Shown here in pieces: positions 54,029 through 64,000 of a stretch of DNA of 64,000 nt (the first letter of the stretch is position 1; each line of letters begins with the position of its first letter). A program made the translations under genes and the position numbers. Origin of the DNA: an uncultured delta proteobacterium. GTDB taxonomy: Bacteria > Desulfobacterota > Desulfomonilia > UBA1062. Where the stretch lies: positions 96,001 through 160,000 of the forward strand of contig CAVVYZ010000017.1 in the NCBI GenBank assembly GCA_963752595.1. The letters are read 5' to 3'. The notes under the pieces were generated by a model, which had not been told where the DNA came from, searched no databases, and saw only the letters and a list, made by a program, of their open reading frames with translations.

Positions 54029-54124
54029 GATTTTAAAAAGGGTTTGCCGATAATTTCCTTGCGAGGGATTTTTATATAAAAACCCGAGGACAAGTAAGGG
54101 ATTACTTAAAAAAGACAAAACGTA

Positions 54125-55948
54125 ATGGATTACATCAATGAAAAACTAAGGCTCGCATTCTGTGTCTTTTTCTTCAGTTGCATGGTTGCCTCGATTCTCG
54201 GGGCAGAGGCATACGCTTCAAACGACGTTGCCGCCTTGTTCCAGGATGCCAATAAATCCTATGTGGAGCTCAGCAGAGACGCCTCCAAGAAGAAAATACG
54301 GGACAACTGGGTAAAGGTGATCTGTGAATTCAGGGATATTGCCGAAAGATATCCCGACTCTGCCTTTGCACCCCAGGCCTGTTTCAAGGTCGGTAAGATT
54401 TACGAGCAGTTCTACCGGTATTCAGGGAAAAAGAACGACATATTGATGGCCTCCCAGGCGTATCAGGATTTTGTCAGAAAATATCCTAAAAACGATGTCG
54501 CAGATAATGCCCTTTACAATGCCGGTCTCATAGAAGAAAACCTCGGCAACCATGATAAGGCTTCAGTCTATTACCGGCGTATCATCGATGAGTACGCCAA
54601 GGGGGATATGGCTGACCAGGCTCGGAAGAAGCTGGGCGAGAGCATCCCGGCATCGAATGCAAAAGCTTCTGTCCAGGCTGTAAAGTCTGAAAAAATTATC
54701 CCGGCAGAACGTACGGAGGGAAAAGTGAAAAAACGTTCTGTGGTGAGAAATGTTCGCGATTGGACAGCCCAGGGCAATACCCGCGTCGTAATCGATCTTG
54801 ACCGAACCGTTTCCTACAAAACCTTTGTCCTTTCCGGGGATCCGAAGGAGAACAAGCCTAACCGGCTTGTCATCGATCTCAAGGATGCCAGGGTGCCTTC
54901 AAGCATCCCGTCGAGCCGCAGGATAGAAGATTCATCCGTCTCCGGCATCCGCATCTCGCAATTTTCCGCGGATAAGGTCCGGATAGTCCTTGATTTCAAG
55001 GAAAAGCCGTATTTCGAAGCATCCGCCATGGAAGATCCTTTCCGGATAATCATCGATGTCGGCAGCAGCAGTGCATCCCTCAAATCCGCTTCATCCGAGC
55101 TGAATACGGCATCCACCCTGGATGCTTCTTCCCAGGGCGCAGCCTCCAAGGAAACAGCTCCATACCAGAGCACGGTGAAGAAGGTCGCGCCTGGTTCCCC
55201 GGCAAAGGTCAATGATAAGGAAGATGCCCCGACTATAGCATCCCAGCTCTCTTTACGGGTATCGCGCATCGTGATCGATCCCGGGCATGGAGGAAAGGAT
55301 CCGGGCGCCATCAGCCCTACCGGTGTACGGGAAAAAGAACTTACGCTGGAAATCGGGAAACTCCTTGCAAAGCGGTTGAAGTCTGACGGTTTCGAGACCT
55401 ACATGACCCGGAGCAAAGATGAGTTCCTTACCCTGGAAGAACGGACTACCTTTGCCAACAAGAAAAGGGCAGACCTGTTCATCTCGGTGCACATCAACTC
55501 TCACCAGAACAACACTGTAAGCGGCATCGAAACCTATTTCCTGAATCTCACGACGGATTCCTCGGCCATCGAGGTCGCTGCCAGGGAAAATGCCACTACC
55601 CAGAAATCGATCAGTGATCTGCAGCTGATAATCAACGATCTCATGCTCAACTCAAAGATCAATGAGTCGTCAAAATTCGCCAACTGTGTTCACACCAGCG
55701 TAGTCTCATCAGCGGTCACGACCGGATATGACGGAAAAAATCTGGGCGTAAGGCAGGCGCCGTTCTATGTCCTGCTGGGAGCACAGATGCCTTCTATCCT
55801 CCTTGAGCTCGGCTTCCTGACGAATTCCACGGACATCGGAATGCTGAAGCGGCGCACGTATCAGGAAACTTTGGTAGATGGTATTGCAAAGGGAATAAAT
55901 AATTATATAATGAACACCACATATGCGTATAGCTGGAGGAATAGATGA
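54125..55948 (+). CDS. N-acetylmuramoyl-L-alanine amidase (TPR-AMIN-Amidase_3)
   Basis: Signal peptide, TPR, TRVVIDL/RLVIDL AMIN, IDPGHGGKDPGA, SVHIN, FYVL.GAQMPSILLELGF. Confidence 0.92.
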   Translation: MDYINEKLRLAFCVFFFSCMVASILGAEAYASNDVAALFQDANKSYVELSRDASKKKIRDNWVKVICEFRDIAERYPDSAFAPQACFKVGKIYEQFYRYSGKKNDILMASQAYQDFVRKYPKNDVADNALYNAGLIEENLGNHDKASVYYRRIIDEYAKGDMADQARKKLGESIPASNAKASVQAVKSEKIIPAERTEGKVKKRSVVRNVRDWTAQGNTRVVIDLDRTVSYKTFVLSGDPKENKPNRLVIDLKDARVPSSIPSSRRIEDSSVSGIRISQFSADKVRIVLDFKEKPYFEASAMEDPFRIIIDVGSSSASLKSASSELNTASTLDASSQGAASKETAPYQSTVKKVAPGSPAKVNDKEDAPTIASQLSLRVSRIVIDPGHGGKDPGAISPTGVREKELTLEIGKLLAKRLKSDGFETYMTRSKDEFLTLEERTTFANKKRADLFISVHINSHQNNTVSGIETYFLNLTTDSSAIEVAARENATTQKSISDLQLIINDLMLNSKINESSKFANCVHTSVVSSAVTTGYDGKNLGVRQAPFYVLLGAQMPSILLELGFLTNSTDIGMLKRRTYQETLVDGIAKGINNYIMNTTYAYSWRNR

Positions 55949-56619
55949 AGCGTAGTATCATGGTATGTATTCTTCTCATGGGAGCGCTCCCCCTCTTGGC
56001 GGATTCCGGTTTGAGCAATGTGGTGAGGAAGGAAATCCATCGCACCATGCCTCCTGCTCAGGCTCCCGCAGAGACAATACAGGAAACCCGGGCGCAGCCG
56101 GCACAGCCTGTACAGGAAGCAATCCGGGGACAAAAAGCGGTTTCCTTTACCAAGGCGGCCAGCTACCCTTATACGATTCACCTCGCTTCCTTTGAGAATC
56201 CCAATGATGCAGCACGCCGTTTCGAGAGGCTCAAGTCCAAGCTGGATATGCTCTTTGTCACCAAGATCGACCTCGGAGCGCCGGGCGTTTGGTACCGGCT
56301 GGATTACGGGGCGTTTCCGAACATAAAAGAAGCAGTGGGCAAACTCCAGGAGCTCAAGTCCAAGGGGCTTGTAGAGCAGGGTTCCTTTGTGGGAGGCTCG
56401 GTCGCCTATGCCATAGAGATCGGGGTATATTCAAGCAGGCAAGAGGCCCAGTCAAGGGCAAAGGCCCTGGCGGGGAAAGGGGTGGCAGGCTATATCATAC
56501 AGGAACGTGAAGACCTCTACCGCCTTCTCTCCGGTGCTTATCCCGATGAAAAAAGCGCTGCCCCTGCACTCGATGACCTGGCATCGCTGAACTTTGCGGC
56601 TACCGTAAAGAAGAGATGA
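55945..56619 (+). CDS. tandem SPOR domain protein
   Basis: Signal peptide; YTIHLASF...WYRL..G.F and YAIEIGVY...YRLLSG. Confidence 0.85.
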   Translation: MKRSIMVCILLMGALPLLADSGLSNVVRKEIHRTMPPAQAPAETIQETRAQPAQPVQEAIRGQKAVSFTKAASYPYTIHLASFENPNDAARRFERLKSKLDMLFVTKIDLGAPGVWYRLDYGAFPNIKEAVGKLQELKSKGLVEQGSFVGGSVAYAIEIGVYSSRQEAQSRAKALAGKGVAGYIIQEREDLYRLLSGAYPDEKSAAPALDDLASLNFAATVKKR

Positions 56620-57500
56620 CCCGTGCATTCATAGATTCTTTTCTCGAGTATCTGATCGTAGAGAGATCCGCACCCGAAAATACTCTGGCAGCGTATGAAA
56701 ATGACCTTAAGGCATTCTTTACATGGCTTGAGGAACAGGGCAAGGATATCCGCGAGCTCGAATCGGGCGATCTGACCGAATTTTCCTCAGCCTGCAGGGG
56801 CAGAAAGCTCAAATCCACAAGCATCAGCAGGCGGCTCTCCGCCATCCGGCAATTTTACCGCTTCCTCCTCGAAGAAGGAGGCATCGGAAAAGATCCTACC
56901 CGCGACATGGTAGCCCCGAAGCGGGGAAGATATCTTCCCGAAGTATTGAGCATCGATGAGGTTGACAGGCTTCTTGCAGCCCCTGATGTATCGACGTCCT
57001 TAGGCATCAGGGACAAGGCGATGATCGAGCTCCTCTATGCCACGGGCTTACGGGTAAGCGAGCTTGTGGGCTTGAAGATCCATATGGTCAACCTCTATGT
57101 GGGATATCTTATCTGCAGAGGCAAAGGCAGCAAGGAGCGGCTCGTTCCCATCGGGGAATCCGCGCTGAACCGGGTGAAGGAGTATATCGTTACCATAAGG
57201 CCTGCTCTGGCCGGGCCTTCTTCTGATGTCCTCTTCTTCTCGAACCGCGGTGCTGCCATGACCCGGCAGAATTTCTGGTACATGATCCAGCGGTATGCTG
57301 CGCAGGCAGGCATCATGAAGCATATCTCCCCGCACGTGCTCAGGCATTCTTTTGCCACGCATCTGCTTACCGGCGGGGCAGACCTGCGATCGGTCCAGAT
57401 GATGCTCGGGCATGCAGATATTTCAACTACCCAGATCTATACGCACATCAATGATGTCCGGCTGAAGCAAATCCATGAGCAGTACCATCCGAGAGGGTAG
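56616..57500 (+). CDS. xerD: site-specific tyrosine recombinase XerD
   Basis: NT..AY..DL, RDKAMIELLYATGLRVSEL, GKGSKER, SPHVLRHSFATH, LGHADISTTQIYTH. Confidence 0.93.
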   Translation: MTRAFIDSFLEYLIVERSAPENTLAAYENDLKAFFTWLEEQGKDIRELESGDLTEFSSACRGRKLKSTSISRRLSAIRQFYRFLLEEGGIGKDPTRDMVAPKRGRYLPEVLSIDEVDRLLAAPDVSTSLGIRDKAMIELLYATGLRVSELVGLKIHMVNLYVGYLICRGKGSKERLVPIGESALNRVKEYIVTIRPALAGPSSDVLFFSNRGAAMTRQNFWYMIQRYAAQAGIMKHISPHVLRHSFATHLLTGGADLRSVQMMLGHADISTTQIYTHINDVRLKQIHEQYHPRG

Positions 57501-57503
57501 GGC

Positions 57504-60137
57504 ATGGAGGTAATCACCTCTCATACTCAGGCAGATTTCGATGCGTTCGCCTCCATGGTAGCGGCGCATATGCTCTATCCCGAAGCTGTCCTTGTCTTTC
57601 CCAGTGCTCAGGAAAAAAACTTAAGAGATTACCTCGCTGTGGCCCCGGAGGAAATTACCAAGCCCATCGTCAGGCAGAAGGACATCATCCTGGACGAGGT
57701 CACGAGGCTCATCATTGTGGACAACAGGCAGATCTCGAGGATCGGTGATTTTTCCAGGCTCATCGGCCGGGAGGGCGTAGAGGTGATCATCTATGATCAC
57801 CACCCCTGTTCCGTTGAAGACATCAAGGCTGATGAAGAGTACTGCATCGAATTAGGCTCCAACGTGACGATCATGGTGGATGCTCTGAAAAAGAGGGGCA
57901 TCACACCGAGCCCTGTTCAAGCGACGGCCATGGCCATGGGCATCTACGAAGATACCGGGTCTCTCCTGTTCCCCTCGACCACGCCTGAAGACTGCATGGC
58001 GCTTGCCGATCTCATCAGGTGGGGCGCGAACCTCAAGCAGGTTTCCCATGCGATCCTGCGGGAGCTCGAGGCCGAGCAGGTGGATGTCCTGGACCAGCTC
58101 ATCAAAAACGCCTATATCCTGCACTTAGGCGGCATCGACGTCCTGTTCACCCGCTCGGAGTCCTCCGGGTATGTGGAGGATTTCGCCATGCTCGTCCACA
58201 AGCTCCGGGGCATGTTCGACGTCGATGCCATGTTTGCGCTCGGCCTCATGGGCGAGCGGATTTACCTCGTGGCAAGGAGCACGCTCCCCCAGATCAATGC
58301 AGCCGACATTGCAAACCACTTCGGCGGCGGAGGGCATCCCACTGCAGCTGCAGCCTCCATCAAGGAAATCTCTTTCGACCGGGTGGAAAGCAGGCTCGTC
58401 AACCTCGTTAAAAAAGAGACAAAGCCGAGGATCATGGCCCGGGATATCATGACCTTCCCCGTCATTTCCTTGAACATGAGCTCTACGATCGACGAAGCAA
58501 GCGAAAGGCTCAACCGCTACAACATCAATGCTCTGGTGCTGCAGACAAAGGGCGGCCGTCCGGCTGGAATCATCACCCGGCAGGTGGTGAGCCGCGCCCA
58601 GGGACACGGGCTCGGAAATGCTCGCGTCAAAGACTACATGATACGGGATATCAAGCACGTGGACCCTGATGCACCTGTCTGGGAGATACGGACGCTCATC
58701 ATCGATGGGAACCAGCGTCTGCTGCCGGTAGTGGAGAACAGGAAGGTCATAGGCGTGATCACGAGGACTGATCTCATGATGATCATGCATGAGAAGATGG
58801 CAAAGGCCGAAGGGGCAGAGCCCAAGGCCCCTCAGGCAAAGAATCTGAAAAAATTGTTGGAAGAAAGGCTTCCGCAGGAGTTCTTCGATCTGCTCCGGCA
58901 GGCAGGATCTCTTGCGGCATCCATGGGATACAATGTTTATGTCGTGGGCGGGATCGTCCGAGATATGCTGCTCCGGATCAACAATCTTGATGTAGATATC
59001 GTGGTGGAGGGGGACGGCATCGCCTTTGCCAGAACATTTTCCCAGTCCATAGGAGCCCGGTACGCCGCCCATGAGAAGTACAAGACGGCAGTCATAACCC
59101 TGCCTGACGGAAACCATATCGATATTGCCACTGCCCGGCTCGAATACTACAAAACCCCGGGAGACTTCCCCATCGTGGAGCAGTCTACCTTAAAGCTCGA
59201 TCTCTACCGCCGGGATTTCACGATCAACACCATGGCCGTGGCCCTGAACCCGCAGCGCTTTGGAGACCTTATCGACTTTTTCGGCGCCCAGCGGGATATC
59301 AAGGAAAAGCGGATCAGGGTTCTGCACGCCATGAGCTTTGTCGAAGACCCGTCCCGCATCTTAAGGGCGGTCAGATTCGAGCAGCGCTATGGGTTTTCTC
59401 TCGGCAAACAGACGAGCTCTCTCGTGCATGCCGCCGTGAAGTCCGGGCTGCTGGGGAACGTCCCCGGAAGGCGCATCTCTCATGAGATCCGGCAGATGCT
59501 CAGCGAGAACGATCCGGATAAAGGCATGGAAAAGCTCCAGGATCTCGGCGTGCTCAACGCCATCCATCCCGATCTCCATTTCAGCACTCCTGTCAGGGAA
59601 TATTTCCTGCGGGTCAAGGAAACGCTCCTGTGGTTCAACATGCTCTTCACCCACGAAGAGTACCGGTCATGGTTCGTATACCTGCTCGCCCTGGTCGACA
59701 GCCTGAAGGGGAAAAAGATCATCGAGATCTGCAAACGGCTCGGCCTCACCGACGAAGAAATCCGCGGTATCCTGTCCTCACATGCACGGATACATGAAAT
59801 CCTTAAAGATTTTGTTGCTGCAAAACCGTTGCGGCCGGCGAATGTGGTAAAAATACTCGAAAACGCGTCCCTGGAGGTGATCCTCTTTGCCATGTCCAAG
59901 ACCAGGAGCAGCGAGGTCAAGGAGATGATCTCCGCCTACATTACCACCTGGCGCTCCTATAAGCCTCCGCTCAGCGGCAAGGACCTCATCGCCATCGGGT
60001 TCACCAGGGGCAAGTTCCTCGGCGACACATTGCGGCTCATCCGGGACAAGGGCCTCGACGGGGAGGTCAAAGATTTCAAGGATGCAATCGGCTTTGCCAG
60101 GATCAGGCTTCTGGAAGAACAACAGAAAAGCAAATAG
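57504..60137 (+). CDS. DHH-DHHA1-CBS-CBS tRNA nucleotidyltransferase (A-adding type)
   Basis: H..ADFD, DHH, GGGGH, CBS pair, VGGIVRD...DVDIVVEG, DLYRRDFTIN, EDPSRILRAVRF. Confidence 0.88.
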   Translation: MEVITSHTQADFDAFASMVAAHMLYPEAVLVFPSAQEKNLRDYLAVAPEEITKPIVRQKDIILDEVTRLIIVDNRQISRIGDFSRLIGREGVEVIIYDHHPCSVEDIKADEEYCIELGSNVTIMVDALKKRGITPSPVQATAMAMGIYEDTGSLLFPSTTPEDCMALADLIRWGANLKQVSHAILRELEAEQVDVLDQLIKNAYILHLGGIDVLFTRSESSGYVEDFAMLVHKLRGMFDVDAMFALGLMGERIYLVARSTLPQINAADIANHFGGGGHPTAAAASIKEISFDRVESRLVNLVKKETKPRIMARDIMTFPVISLNMSSTIDEASERLNRYNINALVLQTKGGRPAGIITRQVVSRAQGHGLGNARVKDYMIRDIKHVDPDAPVWEIRTLIIDGNQRLLPVVENRKVIGVITRTDLMMIMHEKMAKAEGAEPKAPQAKNLKKLLEERLPQEFFDLLRQAGSLAASMGYNVYVVGGIVRDMLLRINNLDVDIVVEGDGIAFARTFSQSIGARYAAHEKYKTAVITLPDGNHIDIATARLEYYKTPGDFPIVEQSTLKLDLYRRDFTINTMAVALNPQRFGDLIDFFGAQRDIKEKRIRVLHAMSFVEDPSRILRAVRFEQRYGFSLGKQTSSLVHAAVKSGLLGNVPGRRISHEIRQMLSENDPDKGMEKLQDLGVLNAIHPDLHFSTPVREYFLRVKETLLWFNMLFTHEEYRSWFVYLLALVDSLKGKKIIEICKRLGLTDEEIRGILSSHARIHEILKDFVAAKPLRPANVVKILENASLEVILFAMSKTRSSEVKEMISAYITTWRSYKPPLSGKDLIAIGFTRGKFLGDTLRLIRDKGLDGEVKDFKDAIGFARIRLLEEQQKSK

Positions 60138-60182
60138 TTGACGAATACCTGTTCCTCATGTAGACAGGATTCTGGTACCTTT

Positions 60183-60255
<73 letters not shown>

Positions 60256-60617
60256 TTCTTTAACATATTGATATTATTTCATATTATCTATTATATAATA
60301 CCCAAAAACGTGTGTAAAACAGCATTAGTCATTCAGTCTCCGGTTTCCGGTTCTTGATGGGGACAATATCCCCCTTCTTTTTCGTCTTGTGGATTGGTCA
60401 TCATGGGCTTTTTAGCCTTTGGCAACGTCTCTTCCCCCAGGATGTGCTGCGATAGATGGTCAAGGAGGTCACGCAGGTTGAAACAGGATGGTTCGACCAT
60501 AGTAACTGGAGCCATATCCGAGGAGTTAAAAACGCTATCCTCTCAGGCCCACAATCACGAGATAATTTATTTTCCTTCAGGGCCTGAATTGATGGCCTAG
60601 GCTAAACCGGGCATTTG

Positions 60618-61343
60618 CTACATATCTGCCAGGAGGCGTTTCGCCCAATCTGAATAGTACTTGTCATCGGATACCGATGCCTTTTGGAGGAGTTTTTTTG
60701 CCTCATCTTTGCTCCCCGTTTTCATGAGGGTCTCTGCCAGGTACACCTGTCCCTCGGGATCATTGGGGAAAGCTTTCTGGAATTCCCTTAGGTACTGCGA
60801 TGACAATTTCTTGTCCTGGAGCGGCCAGGGCAGGACGAACCAGAAACGTCCCAGGGCCTTAATGGGCCCGCCGTCGTTGTACATTTTATTTGCCTTGTAG
60901 GCCTTCTCAAAGCTGCTCTGTGTTTTGTCCTTAAGGCCTTCCCTCAGGGCGGTGAGCACACTGACGCTGTCCGAATAGCTTGCCACCGAAAATCCATACC
61001 AGGTATTCCCTTCAACATTGTCCGGGTTAAGCACGATGGCCTTTTCACCGAATTTCATACCGAGCTTTCCATACTCCTTACAGATAGCCTTCCAGTTTGT
61101 TACGTTCTCCTTTTTGGATTCATTCGCAAAATAACGGTAAGAACGTGCCGCCTTCCATGCTGCTTCATAACTGCTTGGATTCGCATCGAGGGCTTTTACA
61201 AACATATCCCCCGATTGTTTATAGCTCTCGAAACTTGTCCTGCCTTTATCAAAGAGGGCATTGCCTTCGGCCATGAAATCTCCGGCAAACAGCGCGAGAG
61301 GTACCACCCAAAATATGCAAAAAAAGAATACTTGTTTGGACAT
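60618..61343 (-). CDS. exported TPR-like helical protein
   Basis: Signal peptide; YEAAWKAARS, GEKAIVLNP..VEG..WY, ALGRFWF.LPWP, YLAE helical repeats. Confidence 0.7.
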   Translation of the reverse strand: MSKQVFFFCIFWVVPLALFAGDFMAEGNALFDKGRTSFESYKQSGDMFVKALDANPSSYEAAWKAARSYRYFANESKKENVTNWKAICKEYGKLGMKFGEKAIVLNPDNVEGNTWYGFSVASYSDSVSVLTALREGLKDKTQSSFEKAYKANKMYNDGGPIKALGRFWFVLPWPLQDKKLSSQYLREFQKAFPNDPEGQVYLAETLMKTGSKDEAKKLLQKASVSDDKYYSDWAKRLLADM

Positions 61344-61353
61344 GCTCCTCATA

Positions 61354-62166
61354 TCATTTCCTCCCTATGCGTTTCTCATGAAAGAAACCCTGCTTCTCCA
61401 GGATACTTCTGACCGCCTTCAGGCATGGAGCATCCTCGGGGATATCGGTAATAGGCCTGTCCTGCAGATCGAGCTCCGTGATTCCGGGGTCTTCCGGCAT
61501 GAATCCAAGAACGTCTATACCCAGGACCTTTGCCTTCTTTCTCATCTCATCTTCTTCGGTGCCTCGAATCCGGTTTAGAATTACCCCCTTGGAATAGTCG
61601 CCCCGAATACCATATTCACCGGCTATCCCGCGGATGCTGGATGCGGTCCGCATGCCCTTGGCGGATGTGTCCGTCACCATGAAGAGCCTGGTGATGGTGT
61701 CCAGGACACGCCGGTTGATCTGCTCCACTCCAGCTTCACAGTCCACAAGGGTGTAGTCGAACTTCCGGGAGAGTGTGCTTATTCCATACCTGAGGAGATC
61801 GTTGATCTTGCAGAAGCAGCCCGGGCCTTCGGATTTGCCCATTACCAACAGGCTGTATCCCTTGAGGGTCATGACAGCTTCCTCTGCTATGACCTCTTCC
61901 ATAGGGATGTCGCTGATCCTCCTCTTCTCATCCGGATCCTCGATCATCTTTGTCCTGAGGTCGGCGATGGTCCTGTCCAGATTACTCCCGAGGGCATAGG
62001 CAAGGCTCACTGCGGGGTCCGCATCCACGGCCAGGACCGAGAATCCCTCCGAACTGAGGATGCGGGTCATAAGGGCGGTCAGGGTAGTCTTGCCGGTCCC
62101 TCCCTTCCCGGTAACTGCGATGATCTCATTGACAGCGCTTTTGTGAGAGCTGCAGCATTCGCACAT
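61354..62166 (-). CDS. CooC/AcsF-like nickel-insertion ATPase
   Basis: GKGGTGKTT, DADP, GPGCFC (CxC), DCEAGVE; SD AAGGAGG. Confidence 0.85.
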   Translation of the reverse strand: MCECCSSHKSAVNEIIAVTGKGGTGKTTLTALMTRILSSEGFSVLAVDADPAVSLAYALGSNLDRTIADLRTKMIEDPDEKRRISDIPMEEVIAEEAVMTLKGYSLLVMGKSEGPGCFCKINDLLRYGISTLSRKFDYTLVDCEAGVEQINRRVLDTITRLFMVTDTSAKGMRTASSIRGIAGEYGIRGDYSKGVILNRIRGTEEDEMRKKAKVLGIDVLGFMPEDPGITELDLQDRPITDIPEDAPCLKAVRSILEKQGFFHEKRIGRK

Positions 62167-62192
62167 ATCGTCCTCCTTGTGCACTTTTCAAC

Positions 62193-63032
62193 TCAAGTAC
62201 GTACGCTCTTGGCAGCATTTCCTCCGGTCGGACCGGCCTCCCTCTGCTGGGCCTTCTGCCATCTTTCCCGGGCGAACAGCGCTGATCCCAGGGCACCGAC
62301 GATCTGAGGGTCGACCTCGCCGAGATTCACGAATTTAATACCCATGACGTCGCTGATGGCATTCACCACAGCAAAGTTTTTGGCTACCCCACCGGTGATG
62401 GCCACTCCCTCCTTGATACCGACCCGCCTGACCAGCTTCGAAATCCTCTCAGCCATGGCATAGTTGATGCCCGCAGCGATGTCGGACCGTTCGATGCCGT
62501 CACTGATCATGTACATCACCTCGATCTGCGACAGAACAGTGCAAGTCTTGGTGATAGCCACACGCCCCTTGGAGCTCAGCGATAGAGGGGCAAGATCCTC
62601 AAGACCCACTCCCAGCACCTTGGCCATACTTTCGAGGAACCGCCCAGTGCCGGCAGCACACTTGTCGTTCATGACGAAGTCCATCATGTAGCCGTACTTG
62701 TCCACCCGGATGACCTTGCAGTCCTGGCCGCCGATGTCGATGATGGTCCTGACCTCCGGGCACGCCCACTGGGCTCCCCGGCCATGGCAGGAGATCTCCG
62801 AGATGCTGCTCCGGGCAAAGGGAATCTTTTCTCTGCCGTAACCGGTGCTCACGCAGTAGTCAATGTCGGCAAGCGTCTTGCCTATCTTTCCAAGGGCTTT
62901 TTCCGTGACCTCCCGGGCAGTCTGCTCCGGCCGGGGCCTGACCCGGATGATCTCAGAGCTCAAGATCCTGTCATCTTCCAGTATGACCGCCTCCCCTGTC
63001 AGGGAGCCGACGTCACATCCAGCGAATATCAT
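62193..63032 (-). CDS. acyl-CoA dehydratase/reductase activase (HgdC/BcrA/BzdQ-like ASKHA ATPase)
   Basis: GCDVGS, STGYGR, SEISCH, IDIGGQD.K, MNDKCAAGTGRFLE, TGGVAKN, GALGSAL. Confidence 0.9.
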   Translation of the reverse strand: MIFAGCDVGSLTGEAVILEDDRILSSEIIRVRPRPEQTAREVTEKALGKIGKTLADIDYCVSTGYGREKIPFARSSISEISCHGRGAQWACPEVRTIIDIGGQDCKVIRVDKYGYMMDFVMNDKCAAGTGRFLESMAKVLGVGLEDLAPLSLSSKGRVAITKTCTVLSQIEVMYMISDGIERSDIAAGINYAMAERISKLVRRVGIKEGVAITGGVAKNFAVVNAISDVMGIKFVNLGEVDPQIVGALGSALFARERWQKAQQREAGPTGGNAAKSVRT

Positions 63033-63047
63033 AGGCTGCCTCCTGCT

Positions 63048-63833
63048 TCATGATTGCTGTACATCCCGGGCGCACAGGGCTGCCCCGACCGCGGCGATGA
63101 GCTGGTGGTCTGCTGGTACCGATTTGACGACTTCCATCCCGAGGTGCTTCTCAAGGGCGCAGACTACCCCCCTGCTCTTGGCTACCCCCCCGGTGATCAG
63201 GATCGCAGGTATGGCGCCGAGTCTGTTGATCATGGTGGCGATCCCGCTGCCCAGGGAGTAGTTGATTCCCCCCACAATGCTCTTCACTTCGATGCCGTCG
63301 TTGATGTGGCTCACGATCTCGCTCTCGCAGAACACTGCGCACTGGGTGCTCATGTGCGCACATTCTTCGGGCGGTACCACCGTCTCCCCCATCTCTTCCA
63401 CCGTAAGTTCGAGGGCCTGTGCCGCAAGCTCCAGGAAGAAACCCGGAGCCGGATGCGCATTTGTCACTCGTGCGGTACTCGATAACCTTGCCTGCTTCAT
63501 TCAGCGATATGATGGTGGTCGAAAGCCCGCCGAGGTCCACCACTGTCCGTGCCCCGGCCAGGGCCCAGAAAGATCCTCTGGCAAGGCATTTGATGATCCC
63601 CTCGTTGACATGCTCGATCCTGATATATTTATCTCCCATGCCCGTACCGCCACGGATCCTTGATGTCATCAAGGGACAGCCCGGCCCTGGAGACGGCACT
63701 ATGTATGGATGCCTCAACAAGTCTCCTTCAAAGTTCCGTTGTTCCGGGTGATGTCGTGTGCGATCACGTTGCCGTTATCCATGACTACGGTCTTGGTGAA
63801 CATGGTACCCACATCGCATCCGAGTGCAAGCAT
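63048..63833 (-). CDS. second, divergent activase subunit (BcrD/BzdP-like), frameshifted
   Basis: MLALGCDVGTMFTK, VDLGG, SDKCASGSGF, QCAVFCESE, TGGVAKS, AVGAAL in shifting frames. Confidence 0.75.
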
Positions 63834-63871
63834 GGTTAGCAGTCTCCTTTGTGCGTCTTCGCGCTTCGGAC

Positions 63872-64000
63872 TCAGAACGTAGCGAAAAAGTCGTTCATGA
63901 TCCTCTTGAGCTCGGCCGGGCTCGTAAAGCGTTTGTCCATCATATCGAACTCGAAGCGGAGTGTCGGTATGCCCGCTTTCTCCTTAACCTTATCGGACAT
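63872..64000 (-). CDS. C-terminus of a 2-hydroxyacyl-CoA dehydratase (HGD-D) family subunit (partial)
   Basis: ...KEKAGIPTLRFEFDMMDKRFTS...FF; adjacent to the activases. Confidence 0.7.
   Translation of the reverse strand: MSDKVKEKAGIPTLRFEFDMMDKRFTSPAELKRIMNDFFATF

Noticed and set aside
56616-57500. Tyrosine recombinase as a mobile-element integrase
   Set aside because: Typical housekeeping XerD sequence and operon context

Overview
64 kb of chromosome from an anaerobic Desulfobacterota (deltaproteobacterium). The taxon is inferred from gene content: rubrerythrin, split MetH, recA-pilT-recX-alaS, DHH-CBS tRNA nucleotidyltransferase and acyl-CoA dehydratase activases. The sequence has many single-base indels, including one in the essential alaS, so most frameshifts are probably assembly errors and not pseudogenes. 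From left to right: (1) PilZ, radical SAM, panE, acyl-CoA synthetase and split metH; (2) a divergent redox island, trx-ccdA-tlpA <> perR-rbr-tlpA-prx; (3) a hybrid kinase; (4) etfBA divergent from a His-phosphatase/ACAD/TetR/APH-kinase/SDR/HAD operon (Lva/ACAD10-11-like); (5) a ~9.5 kb polyhydroxyalkanoate (PHA) locus; (6) tRNA-Gly, asnS, the pgpA-cinA-thpR-recA-pilT-recX-alaS-hisB-X-hisA-HIT operon, a two-component pair, rlmI, mobB, orphan flgL-fliW, mtaD-recR-ybaB, cyclase, coaX, amidase-SPOR-xerD-nucleotidyltransferase and tRNA-Ala; (7) the end of a 2-hydroxyacyl-CoA dehydratase/activase/CooC operon. The best candidate for an undescribed system is the PHA locus. Besides canonical class III phaEC, phaJ and phaR, it carries three tandem paralogous phasin-like proteins behind a TGC-N3-GCA operator, a second divergent Cys-Asp-His synthase-like enzyme coupled to a PhaE-like partner, a Cys-type depolymerase-like enzyme, and an output-less GAF-GAF protein. 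All calls come from motif recognition by eye; no database searches were run.
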